Below, one piece after another: positions 50,729 to 62,027 of a stretch of 64,000 nucleotides of DNA. The notes beneath the pieces were generated by a model that did no database searches, had not been told where the DNA came from, and saw only the letters and a list, made by a program, of their open reading frames with translations. The stretch lies in NCBI GenBank assembly GCA_038867615.1, contig JAWBYA010000003.1, positions 64,001 through 128,000 of the forward strand, read 5' to 3'. The first letter of the stretch is position 1. Each line of letters starts with the position of its first letter. Origin of the DNA: Sulfolobales archaeon (GTDB lineage Archaea > Thermoproteota > Thermoprotei_A > Sulfolobales > AG1). The position numbers were made by a program, and so were the translations under genes.

Positions 50729-51202
50729 TCACCACAGGAATCTTCCTGGAAGTGAAAGACCTAAGCTTATCAACACCGCCTCTACAAGACCGTAAAGAGC
50801 TACCCCGATGGATTGGTATTTAAACGAGGTTCTCTTATCAATGCCAAGGATCTTTGTTGCAAACGATACCGCATAAACACCGGCTATTGGTGTTACGATT
50901 ATTATAGCGACTCTTATCCCGCCTATACCCAGTCTCCTGACCAGACCCTCCCCTCTCCTTGCGAAATATCTAGAGATGGATGGGTATCTCTCCTCAAAAA
51001 GATCTAGTATCGATAGGATCACAGCAGCAGGGATCATGTTAGATGGAAAGGCTATAATGTAGGAGACGAAGGGGTCTATTCCCATGGCAACACCTATCGG
51101 TATAGCGATCAATATCTCCCCTATCGGCGAAGCAGAGATCAAGGCTATAATGAGGATCTTCTCTAGATCCAGGCTCTCTAAAATCACCCACTCTCTCAAC
51201 AC
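50729..51202 (-). CDS. Putative small multidrug export family membrane protein (COG2426-like)
   Basis: SASPIGE...AIP.G, NMIP; about four TM segments. Confidence 0.7.
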   Translation of the reverse strand: MLREWVILESLDLEKILIIALISASPIGEILIAIPIGVAMGIDPFVSYIIAFPSNMIPAAVILSILDLFEERYPSISRYFARRGEGLVRRLGIGGIRVAIIIVTPIAGVYAVSFATKILGIDKRTSFKYQSIGVALYGLVEAVLISLGLSLPGRFLW

Positions 51203-51458
51203 CCTTAATACTCACATCCAAAATATCTAAAACGAGATAATATCATTAGATCCTTACCTAGCCCGCGGGAGGAGAGATCTTGAAATAATAGCTATCAAGA
51301 ACGTTTAACAGGTCTTGGGATCTAGTATTTACTAACCTGATCCTGAGGCCTACATATAGTTGGAGATCCTTAGGCATAGACCATCATAGTTGGGGTATTG
51401 AGAAGAGCTTTTGCAATGTAGCAATAAGCACAATATTAGGTGTTTTTGTTTAATTTGT

Positions 51459-52856
51459 TTAAAAGCCCTTTGTCGAGACAGACTTCTTCCTCGGATATAT
51501 ATAGTCTTTCGGGGCTTTTGCGAATGGTTCTAAATATTTCCTCAAGATCTTCGGAATCTCAACAACACCCTCGGGATCCTGGTTATTCTCTAGAATAGCG
51601 GTTATGGCTCTCGTACTCGCTATTCCGGTTGAGTTGAGCGTATGGACATAACCCTTAACCCTTCCCTTTCTTCTCACAAACCTTATTTTCAGTCTATAGC
51701 TCTGCCAATCCAGATCATTGCTGGCGCTCACCATCTCTCTAAACCTACCCTGGGCGGGCATCCATACTTCTAGATCGTATTTCTTTGCTGCAGGGGCACC
51801 AAGATCCCCTGAGGCTATGTTTACAACCCTGAAGGGCAGGCCAAGTCCTTTGAAAAGCTCCTCTGAATTTCTTATAAGCTCCTCATGGATCTCCCAGCTC
51901 TGCTCTGGTAAGGAGAACACGAACTGCTCTACTTTGTGGAATTGATGCACCCTGAATATACCCTTAAGATCCCTGTTACCCGCGCCTGCTTCTTTTCTAA
52001 AGCTGGGGCTTATCCCAACATATTTAAGGGGCAGGCGATCCTCATCTATCTCCTCACCCATATGGAGGGCTGCTAGTGAGTGTTCAGCTGTTCCTATGAG
52101 GTAGAGATCCTCCCCCTCGATCTTATAGATAGCATCCTTCAACCCCTCATAATCAATCACACTAGTGATTACAAAACCCCTCAGCATGTAGGGCGGTATA
52201 ACCAAAGTATATCCCTTCTGGGTTAGGAAATCCACTGCATACCATAGCAGGGCCATGTCTAGCCATACTATGTCGTCGAAGAGATAGTAGAACCTAGATC
52301 CAGCGACCTCCGAAGCCTTCTCCGTATCGCCGAGGCCAAGTATGTTTTCTAACATATCAGCATGCCCGATCGGTTTCCACTCGATCACCTCGTAATCCAT
52401 CTCAACACCCTTCTTCACAGTCTCCTCAAGGAACTGGTCTATGTGTTCTTTATAAACCCTGGCCTTCCCCCAAACCCTGATCGGTTTTGAAGCACTCTCG
52501 TCGCCCACGGGGACGCTTTCATGAACTATATTTGGTAGTGAGCGTATTGTTTTCTCCCACAGCTCGTCCAGCTCTTTCATACGCTTCTCCATATCCTGTA
52601 GCTGTCCCAAGAGCCTCTTAGCCTCTTCGACAAGCCTTTGCCTCTCCTCCGGAGAAGCCTTAGCGATCTTCTCGCTAATCACATTATGCCTATGCCTAAC
52701 CTCATTGATCTCCGACTGGAATTTTCTCCAAGCGGTATCTATCTCTCTCGCCTTATCAACGATGCTCACATCCATGAGCCTCTTTCTCACATGCTCCTTA
52801 AGAGCCTCAGGATCTTTTCTAAGCAGCTCGAGAACAGACCAGCTCATGCCCAGCAC
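51459..52856 (-). CDS. serS: Serine--tRNA ligase
   Basis: N-terminal coiled coil, LIGTAEH, FRKEAGA...[20 protein letters not shown]. Confidence 0.97.
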   Translation of the reverse strand: MLGMSWSVLELLRKDPEALKEHVRKRLMDVSIVDKAREIDTAWRKFQSEINEVRHRHNVISEKIAKASPEERQRLVEEAKRLLGQLQDMEKRMKELDELWEKTIRSLPNIVHESVPVGDESASKPIRVWGKARVYKEHIDQFLEETVKKGVEMDYEVIEWKPIGHADMLENILGLGDTEKASEVAGSRFYYLFDDIVWLDMALLWYAVDFLTQKGYTLVIPPYMLRGFVITSVIDYEGLKDAIYKIEGEDLYLIGTAEHSLAALHMGEEIDEDRLPLKYVGISPSFRKEAGAGNRDLKGIFRVHQFHKVEQFVFSLPEQSWEIHEELIRNSEELFKGLGLPFRVVNIASGDLGAPAAKKYDLEVWMPAQGRFREMVSASNDLDWQSYRLKIRFVRRKGRVKGYVHTLNSTGIASTRAITAILENNQDPEGVVEIPKILRKYLEPFAKAPKDYIYPRKKSVSTKGF

Positions 52857-52982
52857 CAGCTATCTATATATATGTATCACAATTATATGAGGCTCAATGA
52901 GATATAAGTATAGAGAGCACGAAATTCCCGGGAAAAAAGCAATAGGGTTTAAAAAAAACAGTTATTCTGTTTTGTTTTACGG

Positions 52983-53666
52983 CTAGCTGGTGGTGACGTT
53001 AACCGCACCATACCACGGTGTCCAGGCTCTCCAGCCCGCTACATGCCCGAATGCAGCGTTTGCTCCTATATAGATCGCTATAAAGGCTGCTACTACTAGC
53101 AGTGCTATTGCTACCCAACCAATAACCCTGCTATGTCCAGATCTACTGAGTATCGCTGGGGCTAGGGCTACTGAGAGCCCTATGAGGAAGTACATGAGGC
53201 CAGAAATCTCGGGCGTTCTTGTCATTCTGAACGTCCATATTACAAAGCTATAGACTATAACAGGTATTCCTAGAGGTGCCAGGGGTATAGCTATATATCT
53301 CGGATGGATGCCGCTCCAAAGGGCTAGCCCTATTATTAGTGATGCAACACCAAACACAGCCCATGGCTGTATGAGCACAATGTTATTGGATCCAGGCAGG
53401 GGCCATGTAAAGCCTCCCCACAGTCCTGAAACCAAGGCATATATACCCACGAATGTGAAGTAAAGCCCGATACCCTTGTTAGTCTGAACGATCTCTGGTG
53501 CCACAGCCTCTTTCACAGCCTCGCTAACGCCCTGTGGGTTATGCAGTGCTCTATATTTTATAGCATTGACATATACGCCGTAAGCAGCTACTATGAGGGA
53601 TGCTCCTAGTATCATTAACCATAGGTCGAGCGGATCTACAAACAGTATGGGCATTTTTCTCACCAT
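52983..53666 (-). CDS. DUF981-like membrane protein
   Basis: FVDPL, TWPLPGS.NI, MTR.P motifs; six TM segments. Confidence 0.7.
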   Translation of the reverse strand: MVRKMPILFVDPLDLWLMILGASLIVAAYGVYVNAIKYRALHNPQGVSEAVKEAVAPEIVQTNKGIGLYFTFVGIYALVSGLWGGFTWPLPGSNNIVLIQPWAVFGVASLIIGLALWSGIHPRYIAIPLAPLGIPVIVYSFVIWTFRMTRTPEISGLMYFLIGLSVALAPAILSRSGHSRVIGWVAIALLVVAAFIAIYIGANAAFGHVAGWRAWTPWYGAVNVTTS

Positions 53667-53837
53667 GTGATGATCTACGCGAGTATTTATAAGGCTTTCT
53701 ATTGATCCTTATATGGATATATAGAAAAAGTTATGATATATTGTTGGTTTATTGAAAAACACACGGATACTTAAGATTTTATACCTTTATATACATGTAT
53801 TTTATGTACTATGCTCTTCTAGAGGATTTAATGATCG

Positions 53838-55376
53838 CTATAGATACTCCCAGACACCCTTCCCCTTATAATTATACACGATAGTCTTATATGCTGTTGT
53901 ATATTCTATTGCATAGCCTATCCCTTCCCTCCCTATCCCGGAGTCTTTTCTACCGCCGAATGGATAGTACCCTATCCCGTGTCTTGGATAGTCATTAATA
54001 TATATAGCTCCCACCTCTAGATGTCTTATGAGGTATCTTATCTTGTTAATATCCTTTCCAAAGATAGCAGCATCTAGCCCATAGCTTCTTTTATTACTTA
54101 TCTCCACAGCCTCCTCAACAGTCCTAAAGCTCGTTATAAGAGCTACTGGTGCGAAGACCTCTTTCTTAAAGAGGACGAGCTCGTAGATCCCATCCTTCTG
54201 AGCCTCTATAAGTGTTGGCTCAACATATGTCTGCCCAAGTCTTTTTCCACCAACCAGGATCTTGCAGCTCTTCGACACAGCATCTTCGATAGCCTTCATC
54301 ATCTCGTCAACCGCTTTCTCCTCTATAAGGGGGCCCATGCTAACACTCGGATCTCTGGGGTCTCCTACTTTCACCTTCCTAAGCTCCTCGACTAGGAGGG
54401 ATTTGAGCTTATCATACACAGGCTCTTCGACGAGGATGAGCTTTATGGCATCACATCTCTGCCCGCTATAACTATATATACCTCTGGCTATTCTCTGCGC
54501 GCTCCACTCGAGATCAGCGTCGCTAAGCACTATAGCCGGATCCCCACCTCCTAGCTCCATGATGAACTGCTTTATCCCAGCACTTCTGAGAACCTTGATC
54601 CCGGTTTCTGTGCTTCCTGTGAGGCTTATAGCACCGATCCTTGGGTCTGGGAGTATCTTCTCCATATCTCTCCCACTCAGGGTTATGAGGGCCAGGGCTC
54701 TTTTCGGAAAACCAGCGAGTTCTAGAAGCCTTATGAACAGGATCACAGGGATCGGATCTAGAAGGGAGGGTTTTATCATAAACGCGTTCCCAACTATTGC
54801 TGAGTATGATAGCTTGTTTACAGTATCAAAGAGGGGGTAGTTGAAGGGCGTTATGGCAAGCACTATCCCCACAGGCTCTCTCCTAACTATAGCTTCTGTC
54901 TCTGTTGTCTCATCGCTCCAATCTCCTGGTATGTAGTCTCCATGTACCTTCTTCAGATCTAGCTTTGCTTCTCTAAGCCTATCTATAGATGCCTTAACCT
55001 CGCCCTTAGCAGCCTGGATAGGCTTCCCAGCATTTATGATCAGGGCGTTAACCACATCATCACCACCGCTCTCAAGAAGATCCGCGGCTTTGTTGAGTAT
55101 CGAGAGTCTCTTATACCCCGGCATATTTCTAATGTCCCATCTACCATATCTATGCATTATGTCAAGGGCTCTCTCAACATCCCTCTGGGAGGGGATCGAG
55201 ACACGGGCTATTACAGAGAGGTCGATTGGGGATCTTATGTCCTGATAAGCCTCGCCCTCAACCCACTCACCGGCTATGTAGCTCTTGAAAACTGGGATGC
55301 CATCGCTGTCAAGCCTATAGATCTCTTTGAACAATGGCGATGTTATATCTAGTCTTGCTCCCAAACACCACACCAC
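53838..55376 (-). CDS. gapN: Non-phosphorylating glyceraldehyde-3-phosphate dehydrogenase
   Basis: ALDH motifs [45 protein letters not shown]; C-terminal KGVWEY. Confidence 0.93.
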   Translation of the reverse strand: MVWCLGARLDITSPLFKEIYRLDSDGIPVFKSYIAGEWVEGEAYQDIRSPIDLSVIARVSIPSQRDVERALDIMHRYGRWDIRNMPGYKRLSILNKAADLLESGGDDVVNALIINAGKPIQAAKGEVKASIDRLREAKLDLKKVHGDYIPGDWSDETTETEAIVRREPVGIVLAITPFNYPLFDTVNKLSYSAIVGNAFMIKPSLLDPIPVILFIRLLELAGFPKRALALITLSGRDMEKILPDPRIGAISLTGSTETGIKVLRSAGIKQFIMELGGGDPAIVLSDADLEWSAQRIARGIYSYSGQRCDAIKLILVEEPVYDKLKSLLVEELRKVKVGDPRDPSVSMGPLIEEKAVDEMMKAIEDAVSKSCKILVGGKRLGQTYVEPTLIEAQKDGIYELVLFKKEVFAPVALITSFRTVEEAVEISNKRSYGLDAAIFGKDINKIRYLIRHLEVGAIYINDYPRHGIGYYPFGGRKDSGIGREGIGYAIEYTTAYKTIVYNYKGKGVWEYL

Positions 55377-55530
55377 AACGATTATACCTAGGTAATATAT
55401 ATTTTTACTCGATAATAAGATTCCTTGTAACGGGTATAATCAAGAGTTATTGTATAGGTAGTGTGAAGAGACCCCTGTGTTGAGGAAAATGCCTAAGCAA
55501 ATATTTGTTGATTCTTTCTTTTACTAAAAA

Positions 55531-57333
55531 CTACTCATGGATCTTTAGCAACAAGATCTTTTTCTCTGACTTCTCCACAATCTTTACAAAGCCTATTCTT
55601 AATAACTGGTATACTCGATCTTCTAAAGCTATAGCACTATTCTCTATAAAACCCCTATAGATGTTGTATCTCAGCCCCACCGGCTCTCTTAGCAGTGCTT
55701 TCACAGGGTTATGGGAAACCCACTGGATTATAGGCATTCCTCTCTTTCTAGCCGTCTCAAGATCCCTCGATATATATTTAGCCATCGCTATCGGCGGATC
55801 CGATCTTATTGTGCTAGTTATCTCCACATTTGCTAACTCCACCAGCCTAGCCTGCTTTGTATTATTCATAACCGCCTCTAGATCTTTTCTCGATATATAG
55901 ACATAGGGCCCCGTCTTATCAACACCGATCCTTAGTTCCCTCTCGCCAAGGCTCTTATTATCGGGATGATAGGGTATTCTCACAGCCAATAGCTCTTCTG
56001 GGAGTCCTTCTATGTATAGCTTCACGGGATCTATGACCATCATGACCCTCCTAGTCCCGAGATCCAGTTTCTTCCTATTGAGAGAGGCTAGATTATCCCA
56101 AGATATACTTGCATCGCTCGGCTTCACACCAAGCCCTAGTATAGTCTCCCTTATGGTTTCTGCGAGAACCCCCCTGGATCTCAGCCCAGCGAGTGTTCCA
56201 AACCTAGGGTCTGCGTGTCCCTCAAATCTTCCGGGGTATTTAGCAAGGATTGTTCTTATCTTCGATTTACTTAGTATAAACCCCTCTAGCTTTAGTCTAC
56301 CAACATTCACCACATGGGGGTAGTTCCAACCCATATGTGTGTAGAGGTACATCTGCTTCGTAGTATTCTGAGCATGCTCTCTCCCCCTTATAATATGGGT
56401 CACGCCTAGGAGGTGATCGTCAACCCCTGCTGCAAAGTTATATGTTGGCCATACCACATATCTATCACCGCTCAGCGGGTGCGGGTGTTTAGAGGTATCT
56501 ATTATCCTCATGCCTATCCAGTCAACCACGCTGGGGTCTGGGTGGTTGAGGTCTGTTTTAACCCTCAGGGCTGCCTCTCCCTCGCCATAGAAGCCCGAGA
56601 TCATTTTGTCAAAGAGCTCTAGGTTCTCCTCAACACTCTGTGATCTATGCTTGCAGGCCCTTCTAGAGGCTCTATTTCTCGAGATCTCCTCCCTATTACA
56701 TAGATCTATATAGGCGCCTCCCCTCTTGATAAGTTCTCTAGCCTGCTCATAATAGATCTCCATCCGCATGCTCTGTATATACTCCTCATCCCATTTTATT
56801 CCAAGCCACTTTAGATCCTCTTTTATGGCCCAGTAAGCCTCTGGTAGGGGTGTCTTGATCCTTGGATCTGTGTCCTCGAACCTGAGGATCATCTTCCCAT
56901 TATAGATCTCCTTTGCATAAACATAGCTGAGAAGGGCAGGCCTTGCATTGCCTAGGTGGAGCACAAAATCAGGGTTTGGAGCGAATCTAGTGACAACACC
57001 CTTTTCAGCCTCAGGCAAGGGCGGTAAACCCTTCTGCTCTTCTCGAGGCTTCTTTTCCTCTGCTTCTTCTGGGAACTGTGTTCTCAGGAGGGCGAGTTGT
57101 TCCTCTGCTTTCATTCTATTAACACTATCTATTATCTCTCTCGCGATTTCTGCTACCTCTCTAGCTCGTGCTTTTAGCTCTGGCTTCTCGCCCAGGACCT
57201 TGTTGATTACTGGGGCTAGCGATGCCTTACCACCGTGCCTAACAGCATTTAGAAGAACGTGTTTAAGTATGAGTCTCCTTACCTCTTCACCGAGTCCCGA
57301 GGATCCTGGCTCTCCTAACATTCTCCCCACCAA
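55531..57333 (-). CDS. gltX: Glutamate--tRNA ligase
   Basis: TRFAPNP...HLGN, RFEDTDP, WPTYNFA..VDDH, LSKSK. Confidence 0.97.
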   Translation of the reverse strand: MVGRMLGEPGSSGLGEEVRRLILKHVLLNAVRHGGKASLAPVINKVLGEKPELKARAREVAEIAREIIDSVNRMKAEEQLALLRTQFPEEAEEKKPREEQKGLPPLPEAEKGVVTRFAPNPDFVLHLGNARPALLSYVYAKEIYNGKMILRFEDTDPRIKTPLPEAYWAIKEDLKWLGIKWDEEYIQSMRMEIYYEQARELIKRGGAYIDLCNREEISRNRASRRACKHRSQSVEENLELFDKMISGFYGEGEAALRVKTDLNHPDPSVVDWIGMRIIDTSKHPHPLSGDRYVVWPTYNFAAGVDDHLLGVTHIIRGREHAQNTTKQMYLYTHMGWNYPHVVNVGRLKLEGFILSKSKIRTILAKYPGRFEGHADPRFGTLAGLRSRGVLAETIRETILGLGVKPSDASISWDNLASLNRKKLDLGTRRVMMVIDPVKLYIEGLPEELLAVRIPYHPDNKSLGERELRIGVDKTGPYVYISRKDLEAVMNNTKQARLVELANVEITSTIRSDPPIAMAKYISRDLETARKRGMPIIQWVSHNPVKALLREPVGLRYNIYRGFIENSAIALEDRVYQLLRIGFVKIVEKSEKKILLLKIHE

Positions 57334-57808
57334 TAATTATGAGAAGGAGTTTTTCAGGCTTCGCCTCTGGTTTCTGTGCGGCGTAAGCAACCACGCCTGC
57401 GAAGCTGGATCTCACGGTTCTAACCTCTCCCTTCCCAGTGACTATATATGCTATCCTATCGCCTTTGGCTACACTCTCTCCTTCAGAAACGATCCCATAG
57501 ACCCTATATCCCTCGATCTCCATGTTATGTGCAATAACTCCTTCTCTGACTAATAGACATTGATCGGAGCCTTCCCACATGATAATAAAACCACATTTTA
57601 TAACACCACTACCCACTATTAGCTGCTCCGCCTCCTCATAAGGAACCTCGACGTAACAGTCGCTACAATTATCACCGCACCCAGCCGTTACGATGGGGCT
57701 CTCGCCAGGATCTGTTACGCAATATCTCTTTCCATACCTGCCGGGATCTTCTACACACCTTGACGATACAGCTATATAGGGGAATCCTTTTCTCAACTCT
57801 CTCTCCAT
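57287..57808 (-). CDS. DUF2118-like protein (barrel-sandwich hybrid-like)
   Basis: IEGY...VSEGESV.KGDRIAYIVTGKGEVR; lies between GGPPS and gltX. Confidence 0.75.
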   Translation of the reverse strand: MERELRKGFPYIAVSSRCVEDPGRYGKRYCVTDPGESPIVTAGCGDNCSDCYVEVPYEEAEQLIVGSGVIKCGFIIMWEGSDQCLLVREGVIAHNMEIEGYRVYGIVSEGESVAKGDRIAYIVTGKGEVRTVRSSFAGVVAYAAQKPEAKPEKLLLIIIGGENVRRARILGTR

Positions 57809-58809
57809 GCAAGCCTAAATATTAAACCCTTTATCCAGTCAACAACCTTTCTATCAATACCCATGATCCTTTCTAGGCTTTCTAGCGATATGTTTACATG
57901 CTTTCTCACTAAGTCCTCCGCATATTTAATACTCCCAGACTCGATCATGAGCTCTCTAGCCCTCTCCAGATCTTTTAGTGGTGCCTCCCTATTGCCCAGG
58001 ACTCCTAGGAGGAATCTTCTCTTCTCTTCTGGGAGGCTTCTTAGCGCATGGATCACCATTATGGTTCTCTTACCCTCCCTCACATCGCTGAGGATCGGTT
58101 TTCCAGTAACGCTTGGGTCTCCTATCAAGCCTATCAGATCATCCCTTATCTGAAAAGCTATGCCAGCGTTCTTAAAACACCTTTCTATATTCTCTAGATC
58201 CTCGTTATCAGCATCCCCAAGGATAGCCCCTATCATTGCGGATGCTACAAATAACGCCGAGGTCTTCTTATAGATCATCTCTAGATATTGATCCTCAGAG
58301 GCGTCGAGAGCTTTTGATAACATCATGTCTAGCGCCTGCCCCTCAGCAACGGTTATCGAGGCCCGGTTAAGGATCCTAGCGATCCTTAGAACATTATCAG
58401 GCTTTACCCCAACGTCGACGAGGCTCAGAATGGCTTCGTATGATTTGGCGAAAAGGAGATCTCCGGCTAGTATTGCCATCTCTTCTCCATAGACGCGGTG
58501 TGTTGTTGGGATACCTCTTCTAAACTCATCCCTATCCATTATATCGTCGTGCACCAATGTGAAGTTATGGAGGATCTCTATCGATGCCCCAGCTATAGAG
58601 GAGATCGAGGGGTCAACGCCATAACCCTTAGCAACAAGCCCTAGGACTAGGGGCCTGAGTCTCTTTCCACCAGCAGTTATTAGGTGGGATGATGCTCTGT
58701 ATAGTGTTTCAGGCTCTCCCCTCAATAGATCATATATCCTCTTGTTAACGAGCGCTATGTATTGCTCGGCAAACATTCTGAACTCACGATCTTCGGTGAC
58801 AGGGCTCAA
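57793..58809 (-). CDS. idsA: Geranylgeranyl diphosphate synthase
   Basis: GGKRLRP, HNFTLVHDDIMD...RRG (archaeal type with Phe at -5), GQALD, FQIRDD, SDVREGK. Confidence 0.93.
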   Translation of the reverse strand: MSPVTEDREFRMFAEQYIALVNKRIYDLLRGEPETLYRASSHLITAGGKRLRPLVLGLVAKGYGVDPSISSIAGASIEILHNFTLVHDDIMDRDEFRRGIPTTHRVYGEEMAILAGDLLFAKSYEAILSLVDVGVKPDNVLRIARILNRASITVAEGQALDMMLSKALDASEDQYLEMIYKKTSALFVASAMIGAILGDADNEDLENIERCFKNAGIAFQIRDDLIGLIGDPSVTGKPILSDVREGKRTIMVIHALRSLPEEKRRFLLGVLGNREAPLKDLERARELMIESGSIKYAEDLVRKHVNISLESLERIMGIDRKVVDWIKGLIFRLAWRES

Positions 58810-58902
58810 CCCTCTTACCCCGATATGTATAGTAAATCCGCATTATATTGTTACCAAGGATCTAGATGATCTATGAAGGTTTTCTCAGCACGGAAGAAGC
58901 TT

Positions 58903-59862
58903 CTATGGTTTTATAGATATTTTGAAATACCTGGGATTAAGCGCCTCTTCAAAAGCTTCTCTAGCATCATCTATATCATAGACCTTGTCAAGCCTGGTTT
59001 CCACAACATCGTTCTCGAGGAGCTTGATAGCCGTTTTAAACTCTCTGAAGGTTCCACACCTAGACCCTATTATAGTGAGCTCTTTGACCACGGCAAAGGT
59101 TGTATCGACGCTCGCTAAGGCTCCGGTGGTTGATTTTGTATGGATCACCCCGGTAGGTTTTGCCAGATCTATTGCTATATTTATAGCCCTATGATCACCG
59201 GCTGCTTCGAATACAATATCGTATGAAGATCTGGGGGCGTCTTCCAGATAGATCACGTTATCAGCTATACCAGCAAACTCGCCAGCCTTTGCACTATTCC
59301 CTCTAGCTATAACATCCACTCTAAAACCATATAGTTTTTTCAACACCTGCACAGTAAGCCAGGCGATATTCCCGGTCCCTATTACAGCAACCTCGTCTGT
59401 GGGTTTCGGGGGTCTTAGGGATAGGGATCTGAGAACAGCTGCTAGGGGTTCGACAAAGATCCCCTTCTCAGGGGATCCTTTGAACGGATGTAGAGCCTCT
59501 AGAGGTGCTATGAAGTATTCTGCCATTCCTCCGTCAAAATCTATTCCAAGCGTCTTCTTATGAGGGCAGTGTGTGTATAGACCGGATCTGCAGTAGTTAC
59601 AAGACCAGCATGGGAAGTTTATCTCAGAAACAACCCTCATCCCGGTAAGTTCTTCGGAGCCAGAGATCACTCTACCAACAACCTCGTGCCCCGGTATTAG
59701 TGGTGTTTTGAACAACCTATAGGATCCTGTGTAGAAAGCCTTATCAGTACCACATATCCCCGAAAGCTCACTCTTAACCAAGGCCCAGCCGTTGGGGGGT
59801 GTTGGTACCGGAATATCTATAACATCTACCCTTCTATCGCCATATAGTGCTACTGCTTTCAA
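58903..59862 (-). CDS. Zinc-dependent alcohol dehydrogenase (MDR family)
   Basis: GICGTD, GHE, CWSCNYC...C, VIGTG, GSRCG. Confidence 0.92.
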   Translation of the reverse strand: MKAVALYGDRRVDVIDIPVPTPPNGWALVKSELSGICGTDKAFYTGSYRLFKTPLIPGHEVVGRVISGSEELTGMRVVSEINFPCWSCNYCRSGLYTHCPHKKTLGIDFDGGMAEYFIAPLEALHPFKGSPEKGIFVEPLAAVLRSLSLRPPKPTDEVAVIGTGNIAWLTVQVLKKLYGFRVDVIARGNSAKAGEFAGIADNVIYLEDAPRSSYDIVFEAAGDHRAINIAIDLAKPTGVIHTKSTTGALASVDTTFAVVKELTIIGSRCGTFREFKTAIKLLENDVVETRLDKVYDIDDAREAFEEALNPRYFKISIKP

Positions 59863-59998
59863 AACAACACCATCTATTACTACTCTACCCAGGCTAACTT
59901 ATATCCCATTAAACGGGCCCTTGGATGTATGGCTAAAACCTATTTCTCTCAGTACAGGCTAGCCTGTGCTTTCCGCGGAGCTATTATTTCAATATACC

Positions 59999-60496
59999 TC
60001 AAGAATCTATCTTTCTCAGTATCTTTATGCAAGGTTTGCTATGCTCAAGTTCCGTATGATCCGCGGTGTTCTCCCCGGTATGGGGTATTATATATCCGTG
60101 GGGGCATTTTCTGGGATGTCCCAACATGCTACAGATCTTCTCCGCATTTTCCTCCTCAACCTCCAGATCTATTTGAGACGCTATCGAACACGCAGAATCT
60201 ATCTCGATCTTAAAGATCCTTACCAACATCTCTTCCAAAACCCCATGGATCCATATTCTCTTCATGAGGATTCTCTTCCCAGCAGGGGTCAGGCTATATA
60301 ATCCCCTGCCTGTTTTAGCAACAAGGCCTTGGTTTATCAATTCTGCTAGATATTCGTGGGCTGACGGGGCACTAACACCCAGGATCTCTGATATATCGGC
60401 AAGCCTGGCAGGTTTTCCCTCGGGCGATGCTATATATATTGCTAAGAGGTAGTCAAAGGCTCTTTTAGAGACCCTATTACCAGCTTTCCCCTCCAT
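59999..60496 (-). CDS. DtxR/MntR-family metal-dependent transcriptional regulator
   Basis: DYLLAIY, HTH with SAPSA, LT..G, H..LE, LGHPRKCPHG. Confidence 0.9.
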   Translation of the reverse strand: MEGKAGNRVSKRAFDYLLAIYIASPEGKPARLADISEILGVSAPSAHEYLAELINQGLVAKTGRGLYSLTPAGKRILMKRIWIHGVLEEMLVRIFKIEIDSACSIASQIDLEVEEENAEKICSMLGHPRKCPHGYIIPHTGENTADHTELEHSKPCIKILRKIDS

Positions 60497-60502
60497 TTCG
60501 CA

Positions 60503-61306
60503 TCACCTTTTGACGAGTAGTAAGAGATAAAGGCTGATTGATATGATCCCCAATAATGCTCCATATGGTATTCCTACCTGGTATGATATTACTATAGAGG
60601 TTATTGATGATAGGAACGAGAATATTATAGCTATATAGCTGCTTCCCTGTTCAACCCTGCTTGCTATAATCCCGGGCATCATGAGAGCTATATGAGCCGG
60701 GATCGCTCCTATAAGCCTCGTTATATATATCGCTGAGAATGCTATGAGCATATATAAGATCCATCTATATATCCTGGCACCTCCCCTCAGTATCTCGAAA
60801 GTCTCTGGATCGAAGGCAATATATATGAATATCCTCCATAGGAATAATAACACGAGCACAAGGAGAACGCCGGCTAGAAGGTATGATGCAATACTGCTGG
60901 GGGGTATGAGAAACGGGTTTCCGAACAGTACCGTGTAGACATAAGAGACTCCCCCTGGTGTTAATAGGGCTACATAGTATGAGAACAGAGACGCTATCAT
61001 TGACGCCACCGCTATTGTGAAGCCCATAGATGTGTCCTGGCTAAAGCCCTTTTCCAGCATCAAAACGGCTATGAGGATAAATAGAGCCATAGTTATTAGT
61101 GAAACAAACTCGCTTGGCAATGCTCTATAATACCATGCTACAAGGCCTCCAACAAGGCTTGCAGCTATGATCATGTGGAGTGATTCTATTGCAAGGAATT
61201 GCGTCCTTGTATAGTTTATAAGCACACCTATCAATCCTGCTACTATTGATGCTAGCGATGCTGATAATAAGCCTGAGACTAGGAGGGGGTCAACCATGCT
61301 CCTCAC
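60503..61306 (-). CDS. Zn/Mn ABC transporter permease (ABC-3)
   Basis: Multi-TM; LFGN and AFDPE motifs; operon context. Confidence 0.88.
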   Translation of the reverse strand: MRSMVDPLLVSGLLSASLASIVAGLIGVLINYTRTQFLAIESLHMIIAASLVGGLVAWYYRALPSEFVSLITMALFILIAVLMLEKGFSQDTSMGFTIAVASMIASLFSYYVALLTPGGVSYVYTVLFGNPFLIPPSSIASYLLAGVLLVLVLLFLWRIFIYIAFDPETFEILRGGARIYRWILYMLIAFSAIYITRLIGAIPAHIALMMPGIIASRVEQGSSYIAIIFSFLSSITSIVISYQVGIPYGALLGIISISLYLLLLVKR

Positions 61307-62027
61307 CCATTACTATAAAGCCTTCTCTCAGTAACACAGATCCGTAGGCTTCTGCTAGATATTCAGGTTTAGCGATCTCTGAAAACCAACCATGAGCTAC
61401 TATACGCCTGTTTAGAAGTATTAGGTATGGGTCGTATAGAGCACAAACCGAGAGATCATGACCTACTATGAGAAAACTCACTTCCCTCTCCTCATGGATC
61501 TTATAGAGGGTTGAGAAGATCTCACTCCTCCCCTTCGAATCTATATGTGATAAAGGCTCATCAAGCAGTATTAGCTTAGCATCTTTTACGAGAGCCCTTG
61601 CCAGGAGAACTCTCTGCCTAAGCCCGCCTGAGAGTTTCGAGAAGATCTCGTTCTCATACTTCTCAGCACCAACGATCTTGAGGGCTTCTCTGACTAGACT
61701 CTCATCATCCTCACCAAGGATCCTGATGGGCATTGCAACAACATCCTTAACCTTGATAGGCATATCGAGGTTTATAGCAGAGGATTGGGGCATGTAGCTC
61801 ACAATCCTCCTTATACTCTTCTTATCAAGCTCGGGGTCTATTCCAAAGACACTAACACTACCACTTTTCCTCTTAACAATACCTAGAAGGACTTTCAGCA
61901 TTGTCGACTTACCAGCACCATTAGGTCCTGCGATAACGGCAAAGAACGGATGTTTGAGAGATATTGTTATATCCTCTATAACGATTCTATCTCCATAGCC
62001 TGCACTAACATGATCCATAACGATCAT
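61290..62027 (-). CDS. Zn/Mn ABC transporter ATP-binding protein
   Basis: GPNGAGKST, LSGG, LLDEP, HDL. Confidence 0.93.
   Translation of the reverse strand: MIVMDHVSAGYGDRIVIEDITISLKHPFFAVIAGPNGAGKSTMLKVLLGIVKRKSGSVSVFGIDPELDKKSIRRIVSYMPQSSAINLDMPIKVKDVVAMPIRILGEDDESLVREALKIVGAEKYENEIFSKLSGGLRQRVLLARALVKDAKLILLDEPLSHIDSKGRSEIFSTLYKIHEEREVSFLIVGHDLSVCALYDPYLILLNRRIVAHGWFSEIAKPEYLAEAYGSVLLREGFIVMGEEHG

Noticed and set aside
53685-53830. AT-rich spacer with imperfect inverted repeat TTTCTATTGATCC/GGATATATAGAAA as a possible replication origin
   Set aside because: No ORB-like repeats or cdc6/whiP nearby; it is more simply a promoter/operator region of the DUF981 gene.
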